From Dicyema japonicum (taxonomy: Eukaryota > Animalia > Dicyemida): DNA of 64,000 nt. Each line of letters opens with the position of its first letter. The stretch's first letter is position 1. The stretch is taken from positions 24,996 through 88,995 of the forward strand of contig RDEW01000004.1 in NCBI GenBank assembly GCA_011109175.1, in the 5' to 3' direction. This document shows, piece by piece, positions 49,192-61,959 of this stretch. The notes under the pieces are model-generated. The model ran no database searches and had not been told where the DNA came from. It saw only the letters and a program-made list of their open reading frames with translations. Made by a program: the position numbers and the translations under genes.

Positions 49192-49356
49192 TTTATTACC
49201 CAAGATCACCGAATTAGATAAGTTAACTAACTAAATGATCCAGGTTTTCCGGGTTCTGGCTCTCGTTTGGGATCCTCGAAGATCCGACAGAATTGGTATA
49301 AACGGGGACGGTCTCATTCTCCATAGATTTCTCGCTTTTTCAAGGTAGTCAGATAT
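49192..49356 (-). mobile_element. 5'-truncated family A insertion with 13-bp TSD
   Basis: ATTTAAATGCTAT at 49179-49191 and 49357-49369; contains the 3' hairpin. Confidence 0.75.
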
Positions 49357-50689
49357 ATTTAAATGCTATAAAATTTTTTGTGGCATCCTTTAATCTGAAT
49401 AATTCAAAAATATAATTTTTGTATCTATCCATGAAAAAAATTTCGCCTTCTCATAATAACTATAAATAGTAAAGTTATAATTTTTTATCAGAAACAAATT
49501 ATTACATAAAAAACAATCAAACAAATCCAGCTGAAAAAATGGAGTGGCTGTTTCTCTTGACAAATTCCAAAAAAATCCTTTGGAACAGTCATTCGGATCC
49601 AAGACGTCCTCAGCAGACCTTACACTTGCCTCACCGAACCTCAGTCGCCAATTTGTCGGTGAATTACGGCAAAAAGTATTAATGGTTGCAACAAGAACGC
49701 AGGTGAGAAAAACAATTTATTCAAATCCATAAATTATAATATTGTAGAATGTCAAACATGAATTTCCGGAGATATTCTTGTGGTAATGAGGAATATAAGT
49801 TGTTTCTTACTGTGATAGATTGTTACTCAAATTTGATGGTCATTTCCATTACTGCGTAAAAAAACTTCTCAAAATTTAAGAAATGCTTTTGAAGAGATAT
49901 TTTCTCAGTTTGTTAGAACACACGGATGATGGGAAAATTCGAAGGCGGATTGGTTTTAGCGTGCATGTGGAGAATAGTTAATTTGACTTCGCTGTTGAAG
50001 ACTTTCCTATTGAGGATGCGAAGAGGTTGACACATAATTTTAGAATTAAAAAAAAAACTGGTGGAATGGAAAACAAAAGCCAAAATATTCATGTCCTTAT
50101 GGTTAATATTTAGAGTCGTTTTAATTGACTTACCTGGACTCCTATTTGTAGAAAAGATAAACAAACTTCTCCAGACATGATTCCGTGTGAAAATCTTTAA
50201 CTGACACATTTCATGGACTGTTCGTCATGTAAAAAGTCAAATCGAAGAACAAGTTCCAATGTAGAACAGCAAGAGAAAAAATATGTAAATATTAAAAAAT
50301 GTTAGAATTTATGTGCAGAAAACAAATAAGATGTTAAGACCAAGGATTTATAGTTTTAGAGACCATTGCTTTATTCCAGCACATTTCAGAAATTACAGGT
50401 TAATAAATTCCTATTTTCTATTTTCGGAAAAATTTAGCACGATTTTTTAAATTAAATTTTATAAAATAATTATTTAATGGTGCTATGTGGCTAGTTGGTC
50501 AATAATTATTTTCCTTCCTCCGATGGCGTCATTGGATTCACCTTATTGAGGAGACGCCCAATGCCTGACTGGCATCAAGAGGATCCAACTATTCTTTCCT
50601 GGGGGATAATATCGTTACCTGGAGACAAGTTCTGAAACGAGCCAGGATCAAGGAGTTAGTTAGTTTGGTAACCCTTGGTATTTGGACCA

Positions 50690-51160
50690 AGTGACGGATT
50701 GCCGGGCAAGAAGCCTGAAGGTGTTAGTTCGAATCCCGATACTGCACATTTCGGTGAAGGTTCCACGCATCAATATGCTTTGGCTTGACGAGTGACGCCG
50801 TCATCAGTGAACTTCACTGCGGAACCGGATCGTCTATAAAGGACATACACCCAAGAAAAAGTAAACAAAGAAGTGAAGAGCATTCCTTGATCCCCCACCA
50901 TTAGCTATTATAACTTCTTTGCTAAAAATAAAGTGTGTGTTCTGCCTGAGGGAAGCTATGACTGATATGGCTCTTCGGAAAGTGCAACAAACACAGCAAT
51001 CCATCTAAAGTGGTCCCCGCCGACATTATCGACGTTGGGTTGCCTCTCACAATTGCAACAGAGATCAACTGAAGAAACCACCATGTCTCACGTGCGTCGT
51101 GGCTTTTTAGTGTAGCTAGGCGTCTACGTTTCTTTAGGAAACGAGCGATTTCCCATTTAA
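50690..51160 (-). mobile_element. CRE-like fragments (N-terminal and C-terminal pieces)
   Basis: Match to 17670-17780; FLQLISVAIVRGNPTS C-terminal motif. Confidence 0.55.
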
Positions 51161-51239
51161 TCAATTCAAATTGACATGAACATATCAAGTGAACAAACCT
51201 CTAAATTACAAACTGTTGAATGGCAAAAAAGTCTTATAC

Positions 51240-51470
51240 CATTCAAACAAAAACTTTCTGCATTAAAAAAATTGTCAGAGTGAAGTGGAAACGTTGCAGA
51301 AGCATCTGGACAACTTGGTATAGACCGTAAGTGTCAAAGAAGCTGGCAAAAATTTAATACAAATTTGTCAAATTCATCAAAAAACCGTCTCACATAAATT
51401 AGGAACTTTTGAAAGAAAAGCGTTTTTTCCTGAAATTTAAAAAAACTGTTTGAATGGATAAATCTGAAAG
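51240..51470 (+). mobile_element. pogo-like HTH fragment (paralogue of 29430-29700)
   Basis: High nucleotide similarity to 29440-29640. Confidence 0.65.
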
Positions 51471-52122
51471 ACTTATCAGCAAAACAATTGCGAGCTACCG
51501 ACATTTAGATGGTACTCAAATTCGTCGATTTTTAACAATGCCACAAAGTTATCGTCATAATATCTTTGTTATATTATTTGTACCTCACATATTCCATTAA
51601 AGATAGGGAGATTCTTGAGGCGAAGTGGACTTTCTAATCCATGAATAGTTTATAGATGATGGATAGTTAGGTGGGGAGTAAAATTTATTTTCAGAAATTA
51701 TTAAACATAAAATAAAATTGGCGAATTACCACGTGTCACAAAGACTAGAGTGTAGCGCCAATGAGTCGGGCAAAGCAAGAGTCACCAGCTTACTCAACTT
51801 ATTAGGGATCCGGATTGGGATATCATTTCCGACTTCCTGTGATGGGAGATCAGCAATGAATAGGTTGGATAGTAATGGAGACCAAATTATTAAATAAACC
51901 AAATTATTCGTTTATTTATTTACCCTCTGTCCTTTCTAATGAAAAAAACCGGTGCCTAGCAAGAACGTCACGAGTGGACGCTACCAGAGATCCGTCAAGT
52001 GTATTTGGTGCTTTGCAGAACTCTGAGGAGATGGTCGTCAAGAAGGCAGGATGGACAAAGTGAAGAGAACGATTGCCTGCTTATAGGAGCGTAAATCCAT
52101 GGTTTAGATTATAATGATGAAC

Positions 52123-52473
52123 TTAAACTCTTATTTGTAATCCAAAACCACAAAAATTTTGCAAACAATTGCAAATACTAGAAATTGAGAGGAAAGTAAG
52201 AAATTCTAATATTGGGACGAACAATGAGGACATTTTAAATATTTCATTCCAATTAAGCACACTAAACCAACAGGAAAGCAAATAATGGCTAGTAGGATCC
52301 CCTTCCATGAGAAGAACTCTTCCAGAGCTGAAATCTAAACTGTTGGACTTTACTACCTCACAATTGGGGCATATAATCAACGTATCGCTGTAAGCGTAAC
52401 CCTTTAACGTAAAGGTTTTTTTAGGAATCACCGTGACTTCATTCGTTCTTGGGATCGTCGAATAGTCTGGCAA
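52123..52473 (-). CDS. Hypothetical ORF, 116 aa, unassigned
   Basis: ATG-initiated open frame in AT-rich DNA with a CPNC motif; no family recognised. Confidence 0.25.
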   Translation of the reverse strand: MPDYSTIPRTNEVTVIPKKTFTLKGYAYSDTLIICPNCEVVKSNSLDFSSGRVLLMEGDPTSHYLLSCWFSVLNWNEIFKMSSLFVPILEFLTFLSISSICNCLQNFCGFGLQIRV

Positions 52474-52749
52474 TTCGCAATTTATGGCCTATTTGGTTAT
52501 TCGTACACATACAGATTTGCTCATTGATATCTTATCTCACTAAATGCTGAATTTATCATTTTCCGAAAACATTCGTACCAAAATCAAGTAAAATTATAGT
52601 AATAATTCGCCAACAAAATTATTTAAACCATTTTATGTCAATTAAAAATTAGATTTGCCTGGTTATCTTATTTCTCACCACGTGGCTTATTTACCTTATT
52701 ATCAAAGAACTCGATTGAATAACCACTAAATACAGTAAAAACTTTCAAA

Positions 52750-53070
52750 CCCAACATGGGGACTTTCAACAGGGATTCAAGAATTTCCTCGAGGATTTGT
52801 CATTTTTGCTGAGTCGAGAGGTTGGGATTCAAGAGACTGCATATCCAACAAGCTCGATTATTTACAGTTAATGCTCTCAATATTTGGGATTATTGTATCA
52901 GCATTACATGATCATATCAACTATCTTCCTATACGTGGAGTTTCGGACAGATGATCCCCAAGTTAGATAATTCAAGAACTAGTTTCACAGTACCTCCTAT
53001 AAAAAGCCATCTTAACCCTATTGAAAGAGTAACGTGTAATGCTCACAGCTAGCTCTTCATAAATTCTGAA
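52750..53070 (+). mobile_element. Tc1/IS630-like transposase remnant
   Basis: LDN...PPIKSHLNPIERV resembles the PPYSPxLNPIE motif; TACAGTAAAA terminus-like sequence at 52731. Confidence 0.35.
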
Positions 53071-53759
53071 AAATTCAGTGATTATTGTCCGTGAATGAAT
53101 ATTACTGACTATTTTTTATTATTAGGTTGTGGACTCCCTGTCTTCTGGCGATATTCCTGAGCAAACAATTTTTATGGGCACACATCCATTAGTGTAATTT
53201 ATACTTTATTTGTGGAGGTCATCTTCGACCACTTCTAACCCAGGGATTATCTATCCAAAAACTTCAATTCGATGCCAATAATAGTTTACATTATTGATTT
53301 TTCGTCATCTTCTGTCTCGGAAAACCTCTTCTCAGTTTACCCTAGAATTATCTTGACGTTATAAAGACCATTTCTACCTCACATGGGATCACACGTAGAA
53401 AAATTAACTTATGCGGACAGACACAAATTTTATACTAAATATGGGAGAAGCGATCATGAGAGGTAACTCCATTTTGTGCGCAATGCCTTCAGGCCATAAT
53501 GAAACCTCTTCATAACAACTAACTTTTATTTTTACCTAATAAATTGATTTTTTGGTTGAGGTGGTGACGTCCCTCAATTGCACGAATGTCTAGAACACAC
53601 CCTGGAGAAATAGTACTTGCGGCGGATGACGTGGATTTTGTTTCCGAGGACATCAATGATATCAGGAATGCTCTTAATCATGTATTTTGATAGTGGTTTC
53701 TAAAAATGAACGAACATGTCTAGAAACCTCAAAAATGGAAGGAGGGACCTTATTCCCGA

Positions 53760-55630
53760 AGTGATACTGACAACATAGACAGAGAACTTTCAACTGTGAT
53801 GGAGAGATACTTATCACTTTACGCCAGGAGGAGACTCTCCGGTATCAATTATAAGAAGAGCATTAGTTTCCTTCTTCTACGCTATCTATGATTAAAGAAA
53901 GAAACCGACTGAGGAACAAACTCAGAAGATGTGTCGACTGGATGGACCGAATTACATTGACTGGTCAATTAAAGATAATCAAAAAAGCCATTGAAGAGGG
54001 AACTGGCAATAGAACAATTTTGGAGGGTCGAAACAAGCAAACTAAACACCAAAGACCCTTCGTTCTGGAAGATCTACAAAAGAATAACAGGCCAGAAGAG
54101 GAATGATATGAAAATCTCTCTGAACAAACCGGAAGGTGGATTATATTCTATGAAAGAAGTCTCAGAAATCTTTAAGAAGTAACTAGACCGTATCCAGGGA
54201 GTCAACCCGACGGAGCTGATTCCGAGGGAAAAGTTAAGAGCTTCAAAGAACTTTTTACTTATTCCCCGGACGATCTCAAAAATATGTTATGAGGATAACG
54301 ACAAAGGACGACGTGATTGCCATTAGAGCATGCAATGCTAATGCCCTTGGACATGACCATATTATAATGAGAATGTTCAAGGAAGATCCAGAGGATATGC
54401 TGCTCGTGCTGAAGAATTTATTAAACGCGAGCATAGATTATGGCTATGTCCTCAAACGCTGGAAAACCTCCATTGTCAGAATGATCCTGAAACCGGTAAA
54501 GTCGGGGAGGGACCCTTTCAACTATTGGCCGATCTGCCTCATTTGCTCTATTTCCAATATTGTTGAGCGAATTATTTTCGAGAGGCTTAACGAGCACATA
54601 GAAGAGAGTGGTTTCCTCCTCGCAGAACAATGTGGCTTCAGACCTGGGAAATCCTGCACGGATTGCATCCACCAGATGCATTAGGTGGTATTGAAAGGTC
54701 TGGAATTCAAGAGACGAGTTAACCAGATATGTTTGGACCTCTCCAAGGCTTTCGATAGAGTGTGGCATAAAGCTCTGCTATCAAGGCTAGCGGCTGCTAA
54801 CATCCAAAGGAAACTTTTCATATGGATAAAGGACTTCTTAACACGACGGACTTCCCGAATACGTGTTGGGACGAGTATGTCAAAAGAGATCTTACTGAAG
54901 AAGGGGTTCCATAGGGCTCTGTCTTGATCCCGCTTCTGTGAATGTGTTTCTATCAGACTTTCCAATTCCGCCGGATACAAACACCAAACTATTGATGTAC
55001 GCAGACGATATTCTAATTAAAGATATGTCTGGGAAGTCAATTCTATCTAAGAGAAAAATCAAGTCATTCATTGACAAGTGCAAGATCGGTGCTCCAAGAG
55101 AGGGATGAAACTCTTTATTGAGAAGTCCAGCTACTTGAGAGTTAGTCTTCTACGGAGACATCGTACGCAGTCCTACTCACTTTGTATTCCAAAAGTAAAT
55201 TCACTCCGCTACCTCGGGATAATTATCGATGGAGGAGGTTCCTTCATGGATGATATCAGACGAAGAAGGAAGAGAGCGCTACAAGCGCTTCTCTGTACGA
55301 GCAAGTTGTTCGTAAGCTTGGAGACCTTCTTGTTTATCTTCATGAGGATTATTCTACCAGAGCTACTATACGGGTGTGAAGCGTAGTTTTTCTCTCGCCA
55401 AAGAGAAGGAAAAGTCGAGAAGATCAGCAAAAAAGTTGGCCCTGAGGAAAAAGCTGTTTGATGTCCTAAGTGCAGAAGAAGACAAGATTATTGCACCGGT
55501 CAAAAATATTGTGGAGAAGAGGATCAAGGGGATCCGACGCTAGGACGAGATTAAAATGGAGATGGGTTGCATTGGAAAAGTCCAGGCTGCATAGGCGGAC
55601 TCGCTAATAACCTCCAAACTAACTCCTAAT
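53760..55630 (+). mobile_element. Jockey-like LINE, RT region and 3' end, frameshifted
   Basis: WKTSIVRMILKP, EQCGFRPGKSC, LDLSKAFDRVWH, YADD, LRYLG; CTAA-rich tail near 55615. Confidence 0.8.
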
Positions 55631-56789
55631 TCCTGTTGAATAAAGTGTTTTCGGTTCGGTATCGGTTCATACTGCTCTACAACTTGGGGACTAATTCGGA
55701 CATGGAAAACATCTAAGGGCTCAGTCAGCCTCCGAAAAATCGCAATCTTTAGAGTGCGTAGAAAAATCTAACAATCCGGGGGTGCCACAAGGGACGGAAT
55801 AATAAATTGATACATAAAACGTTAGAATCATGAAGATACGGTAAGTCAAACATCTGAATTATCGTGTTTATTCCTAAAATTATAAAAATAATCACGGAAA
55901 ATATTTGTAGAATGTTTTATAAGAATACGAGTTTTTTATACTTTCCCGGTTTATGTAGCATCTACAATTATATTAATAAAACTGATAATGCACAATCCCC
56001 ATCAAAACACCGACTCCTAATCCTAAGAGTAGGTGGAATCTGTAAAGACTTGATCCTTTATAAGAAGGTAGATCATTAACATCACGACCTTTTCTAACCA
56101 TTTAAATTAAATTAAATTTATTTTTGATTTTATTAAGGTATAATAAAAAACTAAATAGGGAAGTTTTACAAGAAAGCAAGGGTACTTTGTGAGGCAGCAG
56201 AGATTCTTCTCTGTGTCTAGGAGGGATACTGAAATCTCTTAATTAGTCAGTATCAACATACCAGAATTGTCAGCATCTTCCGTCAAAGATGAAAGCGTCA
56301 AAGCTGTAAACTCATGAGGTCATAATTTTTATACGACCATTTGAACGTGTGTATCGCATTTCTACTTACTAAATAAGAATATTCGAGAACAATCATTCTA
56401 AGAGACTCATTCATGATTATATTTCTACATAAGACCTCCAAAAGCCTGGGTAAGTGATGCTTGAATGGTTTTCTCAGAAGTTAGAAAGTCTTAAGAACTG
56501 TTCGGGTATAAAAAAGTTGATTATCTAAAGATCTAAGAACCCTGACGATCTCTTGACGAACCAGATAAGATTATCTTGTTTGATGCACGAATGTCTCAGT
56601 TGACAGTTCATTTTTGAACCAGTCACCATGGAAACATCAAGACTCATTTGAAGCGGATCACTGACCTTGCTGAACCGTCTCTAGTTGTAAAGGATGCTAA
56701 GCTACTTAACAGAAGGATGCAGTGAAGTGTGTCAAATATAGTAAGTAAATCTGTTTTGAAGTAAGTACTGTTAATGTTAGTGGAAGTTA

Positions 56790-58197
56790 TCAGTTAGGAT
56801 ATCCCAATAATGTTATTACATTTGGATATCTCCTCCTCACTGGTAAGAATTTATTCACGTCCACAAACAAACTCTGTTCTTTCAACTGAATTTGGTTTTC
56901 CGTAGTGACTTTGTTTCCATTCGCCTCATTCAGTGATTCTACCAATTCTGATCTCTGCTTTTTCAAATCAGACAACGCTTCCGTTATAAGTTGCCAATTA
57001 TTGACCAGTCTAAAGGTTCATATGCTCTTTTTACGTTTTTTGTGGTTCATCAAAGCACAGCTCTATTCCAGGACGTCGACTGTGAGTGTGAAGCCGGGTT
57101 TCCGCTAATTTGAGAGGACCGTCCTTTGCCTTGATTTCGCAGTCACAGTTTTTTACAGCCTCCTCAATTTTCATTATTTCCTTGTTAATCTGCAATCATC
57201 AGTGATTTTACTAATTTTAGATTATCTTTGAGATTCTGGAGAGCACTTTCTACTTGATCTATTCTCAGTCCGATCGACATTTCGATTCTATCGCTCATTT
57301 CTCTGAGATCCCTGGATATATCTGACAGAACAGAATTTACGATTCCTCTGAGTTTGGCTGATTGGTTTAACGTACTTGTGTTTCTCATAATATTATCTGC
57401 TGAATACTGAGCCCATTCCTCGGGGGAATACCTTAATTATGCAAAATATAAACTTTGGAGACACTTCCTGAGAACCAGGATATTGGATTATTGATGATGA
57501 ATCGATCGTCGTCTTTAAACAGAAATAATCCAAGTTTGCAGCAATGGACTTGTTGCTGAGATCTTCTTCCAACTCCTCTTTCCTGTCCTGGTTTGCCCTA
57601 ACATTTACTTGATTCCTTTACTTGATCTGTTCCTCACTTTCTTGTAACGTTGCGCTCATTAGCTGCTTGCATGAGTTTATAAGACAACATTCCTTTACTT
57701 TAAAGCATTCGTCAAACCTTCATCAACAGCTCCTCAACCGAATCGTCAAATCCCTCAGAGGGATCCTTAATAGTCTTGCATGAACTGTTGTCTATGTTAA
57801 TTTGTGTGGGCAAATCAAGAGAAAGGAGAGTGTACCTCAATCGGTCTCTTTGAACGGTCAAATCATCTGTCTCTTTAGCATTCCTTGCTATTTCCTTGTC
57901 CAATTCAGTCTTCCAGAAATTAATATCTTTCAGTCTGTTTTCAAACGATCTGTTGACTTCATTTATGGAGTTCTTTATTTTGTCTTTATAAAAATTCTCC
58001 TTAGTTTTCGTTTCATATCTTAATTTTTCACTGTCGCAGCGGCAGTTGAGGGACTCGTAGAATAAATTGTAGTTATTTTTATTCCATTCATTAATGTTAT
58101 TGGGAGCTTTAGCACACGTGACTGAACAGTCTATCGATCCACATCCTATGTTTGACTTATCTGGAATTTTGTAATTCGTCGCGAATATTGAACTCAT
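56790..58197 (-). CDS. TEKT4: Tektin (tektin-4/tektin A-like), multi-exon
   Basis: RLKDINFWKTEL, PLKLAETRL..HSRRPGIELCFD (tektin RPxxELCxD signature), C-terminus RRRYPNVITLLGY; 25-nt intron 57693-57717 and other mini-introns. The subfamily call is less certain than the family. Confidence 0.88.
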
Positions 58198-58210
58198 GTT
58201 GCCTAGATAC
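58198..58210 (-). promoter_or_regulatory. RFX X-box-like motif abutting the tektin ATG
   Basis: GTATCTAGGCAAC on the minus strand directly precedes the ATG and has a GGCAAC half-site. Confidence 0.4.
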
Positions 58211-58559
58211 TATTTTATTTTAAATATGACGATTCCAGTATTATTATCACTTCACGTGTACCAGCCAAATATCAGTATTATTCAACGTGAAGAGTGACCG
58301 TGTGAACACATCGTGGATTCAAACAGCCTTCGATTGTTCGACATTTCTTTTTCGTTAATTTTTGAAGGAAACTGATACCTTCTCACTGAATCTCACGTTT
58401 TCCATTCTGTTTATGACTCCTGCCTACGTGACGATCTTCTTTTACGATGTATGAGCCCGCCAGAGTATTCCTTATATTTGTGATTCTTTTATGATTTATC
58501 AAAAATAACCCGCTTTGAATTGCTAATAAATATCCATAATTGTGTTGTTAATTCATTAC

Positions 58560-58742
58560 AACCCACAAACCTATGAGACATAGAAAAGTAAGTTAAAAGA
58601 GCCAATTATTTTGTGTCCACAGGTATATTCTGAAATATAAGTCCATCCAGAATCATAGTTGTGGGAACCCCTCAAGAAATGATCAGTGGAGTGATGCCCT
58701 TAGATGTATACCTCATGAGACTGATGGATCACATGACCCCAC
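58560..58742 (-). mobile_element. SINE-like family A derivative (copy 3, diverged)
   Basis: GTGGGGTCATGTGATCCA start, CACTCCACTG..GGGTTCCCACAAC and GATTCTGGATGGAC shared with 6135-6370. Confidence 0.6.
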
Positions 58743-59700
58743 GCTAATTGAGCAAAGAAAGACAAAAGTATAGAGAAAAGACGATTGACAAGTAATCAAT
58801 GTGGGGATTCGAATCCATAACCACTGTTACTGGTATGACATACCAACCACTAGCCTATCTGATCAGAGGTTTTAACTGCCATAACATAGGTTTAATAGTT
58901 ACTCTTACATAAAGATAACTATCAACTCCCAATTCTCCCATTTTATCACAAAAAAACAATGTAGACTGTGTCGATCAATAATCCCCAATTCAATTCCCAG
59001 AAGAACGTAGTACGACTGTTCGCCTACTTAGCCTTTAAGATTTAATCCCCACATTCATGATCTCTAGTGTACACTACACACTATTTATATCATTTCTTAT
59101 CGTGTAGGACCCCACCCTGTATTACCACAAAGCGGTTCAGTTTAAATTCACACATCAGAACCATAATGGGGGTGTAAAAAAATGGGGGTGTTTCCGCATC
59201 CACACGAATCTCTAATGGTGTGAAGGTCTTTTATCTTCCAATTAAAGCGTCATTTTATAGGTTGATTGACTTTTTATTCAAACTGCCGTCAACTAACTAT
59301 AATTTACACGTGCTCAAATTTATTCACTTTGCATATCCAACTTTTCTTTATTTCAGAAAATTTAGTTAATAACCTTCCGATCCATCATCTTGAAAAAGAG
59401 GACAAAGAGTAACAGTCCAATGTCGCTGACAGTGACTACTCTCCCAAGATCATATGTAAGTCCATCTAAAGCCAGAGAAAAAACGTCCAATTTGTACAAT
59501 CCGAAGGAACCCCCACGGGATAATCAAATATAATGAGAAGATTTAATAATCCTCTTTGGTGTTATCCAGGCACTAGACGTCATTCAAACGTGGACGGTAA
59601 TAAAATCTGTAATTGAGTAACGAGAAAGATGCTCTTGATCATATAGCCACCAGAAGGGTTAACCCCTGGCAAAATTGTTAGAGCATGATAATAAGCTTCC

Positions 59701-60035
59701 TTAGTTAGTTAAGCAACCCCAGCCTCACTAACTTGTAGGAGGCCAGCAGCTATTAAGTAGGACGCAGCAGATGTTAGTCGCTCCCATAGATTGGTCAGTT
59801 CCGGCATTGTGGAGAAACGTTGTGCCAATTCATGACATTCAAAAAGGTGATTTGTTGTCAACACGTGGAGGTTGCAAAAGAGACAGAGTATATCATATGT
59901 TGATAGATGTGGGTGGTGCCCACATCGTAGACGAGCCAGATTTACTCGGACGTCCCTTGGAAGAGAGGATTCTGATTGGTCTATTGGAGGAGGGTCAGCA
60001 AGTTTCTTACAGATCGAATAATTAGCAGGGGACAC
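59701..60035 (-). mobile_element. Family B LINE 3' end with I-group-type zinc finger
   Basis: LPRDVRVNLARLRCGH...CLFC...TTNHLFEC; the stop overlaps the (TAAC)n tail. Confidence 0.8.
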
Positions 60036-60138
60036 TAAAACAAAAAATTCCCATAAAAAATTATTTTAAATTCTATATAAAATAAATAATTATCATGGGA
60101 ATATATATTATAAAAATTAAATTATAAATAATCATTAC

Positions 60139-61570
60139 ATGGAAGGTAATCTTACTCGTAGAAAACACAACAAGGTATAATTACTACTAAATCAGCCTCT
60201 CACTTCGGATGAGTCATCGGATGACCACCTGGGATTGCCAACGGAGGAAGAAATGAGAAAAATGATCCCCCAGTCGAATTTCGAGGAGATGGAATCCTTA
60301 AAAAACTTGCCAAAAAGATGGAGGAATTGGATTATCAGATTTGTGATCGGTTTCATCCTGATTCTGATATTCAGCCTGATCATATACTCCGGCCCTATCT
60401 TACTGATATTTCTAGTTAGCATCATTACTATTTAGGTCATCGTTCTACAGCTTTTGTGCTTCCACGAAATTATCTCCGTCGGCTATATCGTTTATAGAAT
60501 ACACAATCTCCCATATTTCCGAGTCCTCAGTTGGTACTTTCTGTTTGCCTCAATTACTATCTCCATGGGATGTCATTGCTCTTTTCATCTGTGATCGATT
60601 CGGTCTCAATGTAATATTCTAATTCTACGTAGAATTTGGCCACCACGTTTGTCCGCCACCACCAGTTATTCTCGTTTATTCTTTACCTGAGTGCTCTGCT
60701 GCTGTTTATTAATTCTCTGATCAAAAGCATTACACCAAACAGTTTACGCTGGTAACAGTTGTTATTATTTCAGTTCGGTTTACCCACGTGGTTCTGGTCA
60801 TTATTAGTTTTTCTACTTTCCAGATCCAAAATATGTTCAACGGGCTAATATGGTTCGTCCTCCCTGTGCTTACGATTATTGTGAACGACATTTCCGCTTA
60901 TTTTGTCGGATTCCACTTTGGGAGAACACCGCTGATCAAACTATCTCCCAAGAAACCTGGGAAGGATTTATTGGGGGATTTGTCTTACACTTATTTTCTC
61001 CGTAGTTGGAGCCAGGTTTATGGTTCCTTTTGACTACTTCATCTGCCCCGTTGATAACCTCATCATACAGCCATGCCATCGTCCATATTCTTTCAAGGAG
61101 GACTACTACACGTTTTCCTCACTGGTTGTGGTATTTAATTAGTTAGCTTGGGGGAAATGTCGTTTCTTACTATCCCTTTTACGTGGATGCTGTCATTATG
61201 GGTTTATTTGCCTCGCTTATTGCTCCTTTTGGGGGTTTCTTTGCAAGCGGATTCAAAAGAGCTTTTCGTCTTAAGGTTTTTCTTGGGTAATGCTAAGGAC
61301 TTTGGGCAAATATTTCCTGGTCATGGGGGATTCTTGGACAGATTTGACTGTCAGTTTCTGATGGGAGCGTTTGTGTATGTCTACTACAACAGTTTCATTA
61401 AGTTCGGAGTGTTTATTACGTCTAGTCGTTCGGCTGATAAAGTTTACAAGATAATAATGCATTTGAGTCCCGAGGAACAGCTGTCTATTTACCATAATTT
61501 GACACATTCTTTGATGATGAATGGTTATTTGAGTTATTTTGCTGATTATTTTACATTACAAGTCAATTAG
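60139..61570 (+). CDS. CDS: Phosphatidate cytidylyltransferase (CDP-diacylglycerol synthase), multi-exon, 1-nt homopolymer frameshift near 60954
   Basis: [36 protein letters not shown](T)[32 protein letters not shown]; first intron 60175-60195 (21 nt). Confidence 0.92.
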
Positions 61571-61959
61571 GTCTGTCTTCCATCTTCCTGACACGATGTC
61601 GAAGGATTTAATTAAGTTGGACCTCATAGCACTTGTAATTGGTTGAAGGCGAGAATTCGTAAGCCCGGAAAGTACTGGACACTCAGGGACGGCGTTTTGG
61701 ATAATGTATTAACGGACTTTCCTTAGCTTTTGCTACTTTAATTAGAATCTGATTCATTGTTACCGTTAAAGTCTTTGCTCAGTGTTGCAGATGATGTGTC
61801 ACATGCATTAAGAGTCAATTGGGCGTATAATTATCTGTTTATGTGCTCAATCTATATAATTTGCTTAGTCGTCTATTTTTAATGTTTATATTAATTTGAT
61901 TCATGATGGACTCTGTTTCTGTAGCAGTGGAAACTGGATACATATATAACGATTGTAGA

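Noticed and set aside
60941-60960. Frameshift in CDP-DAG synthase as programmed ribosomal frameshifting
   Set aside because: One missing A in an A run restores KKTWEGF. The same single-base homopolymer loss occurs at 28275-28279 and 39455-39458, and there is no slippery heptamer, so a sequencing error is the simpler explanation.
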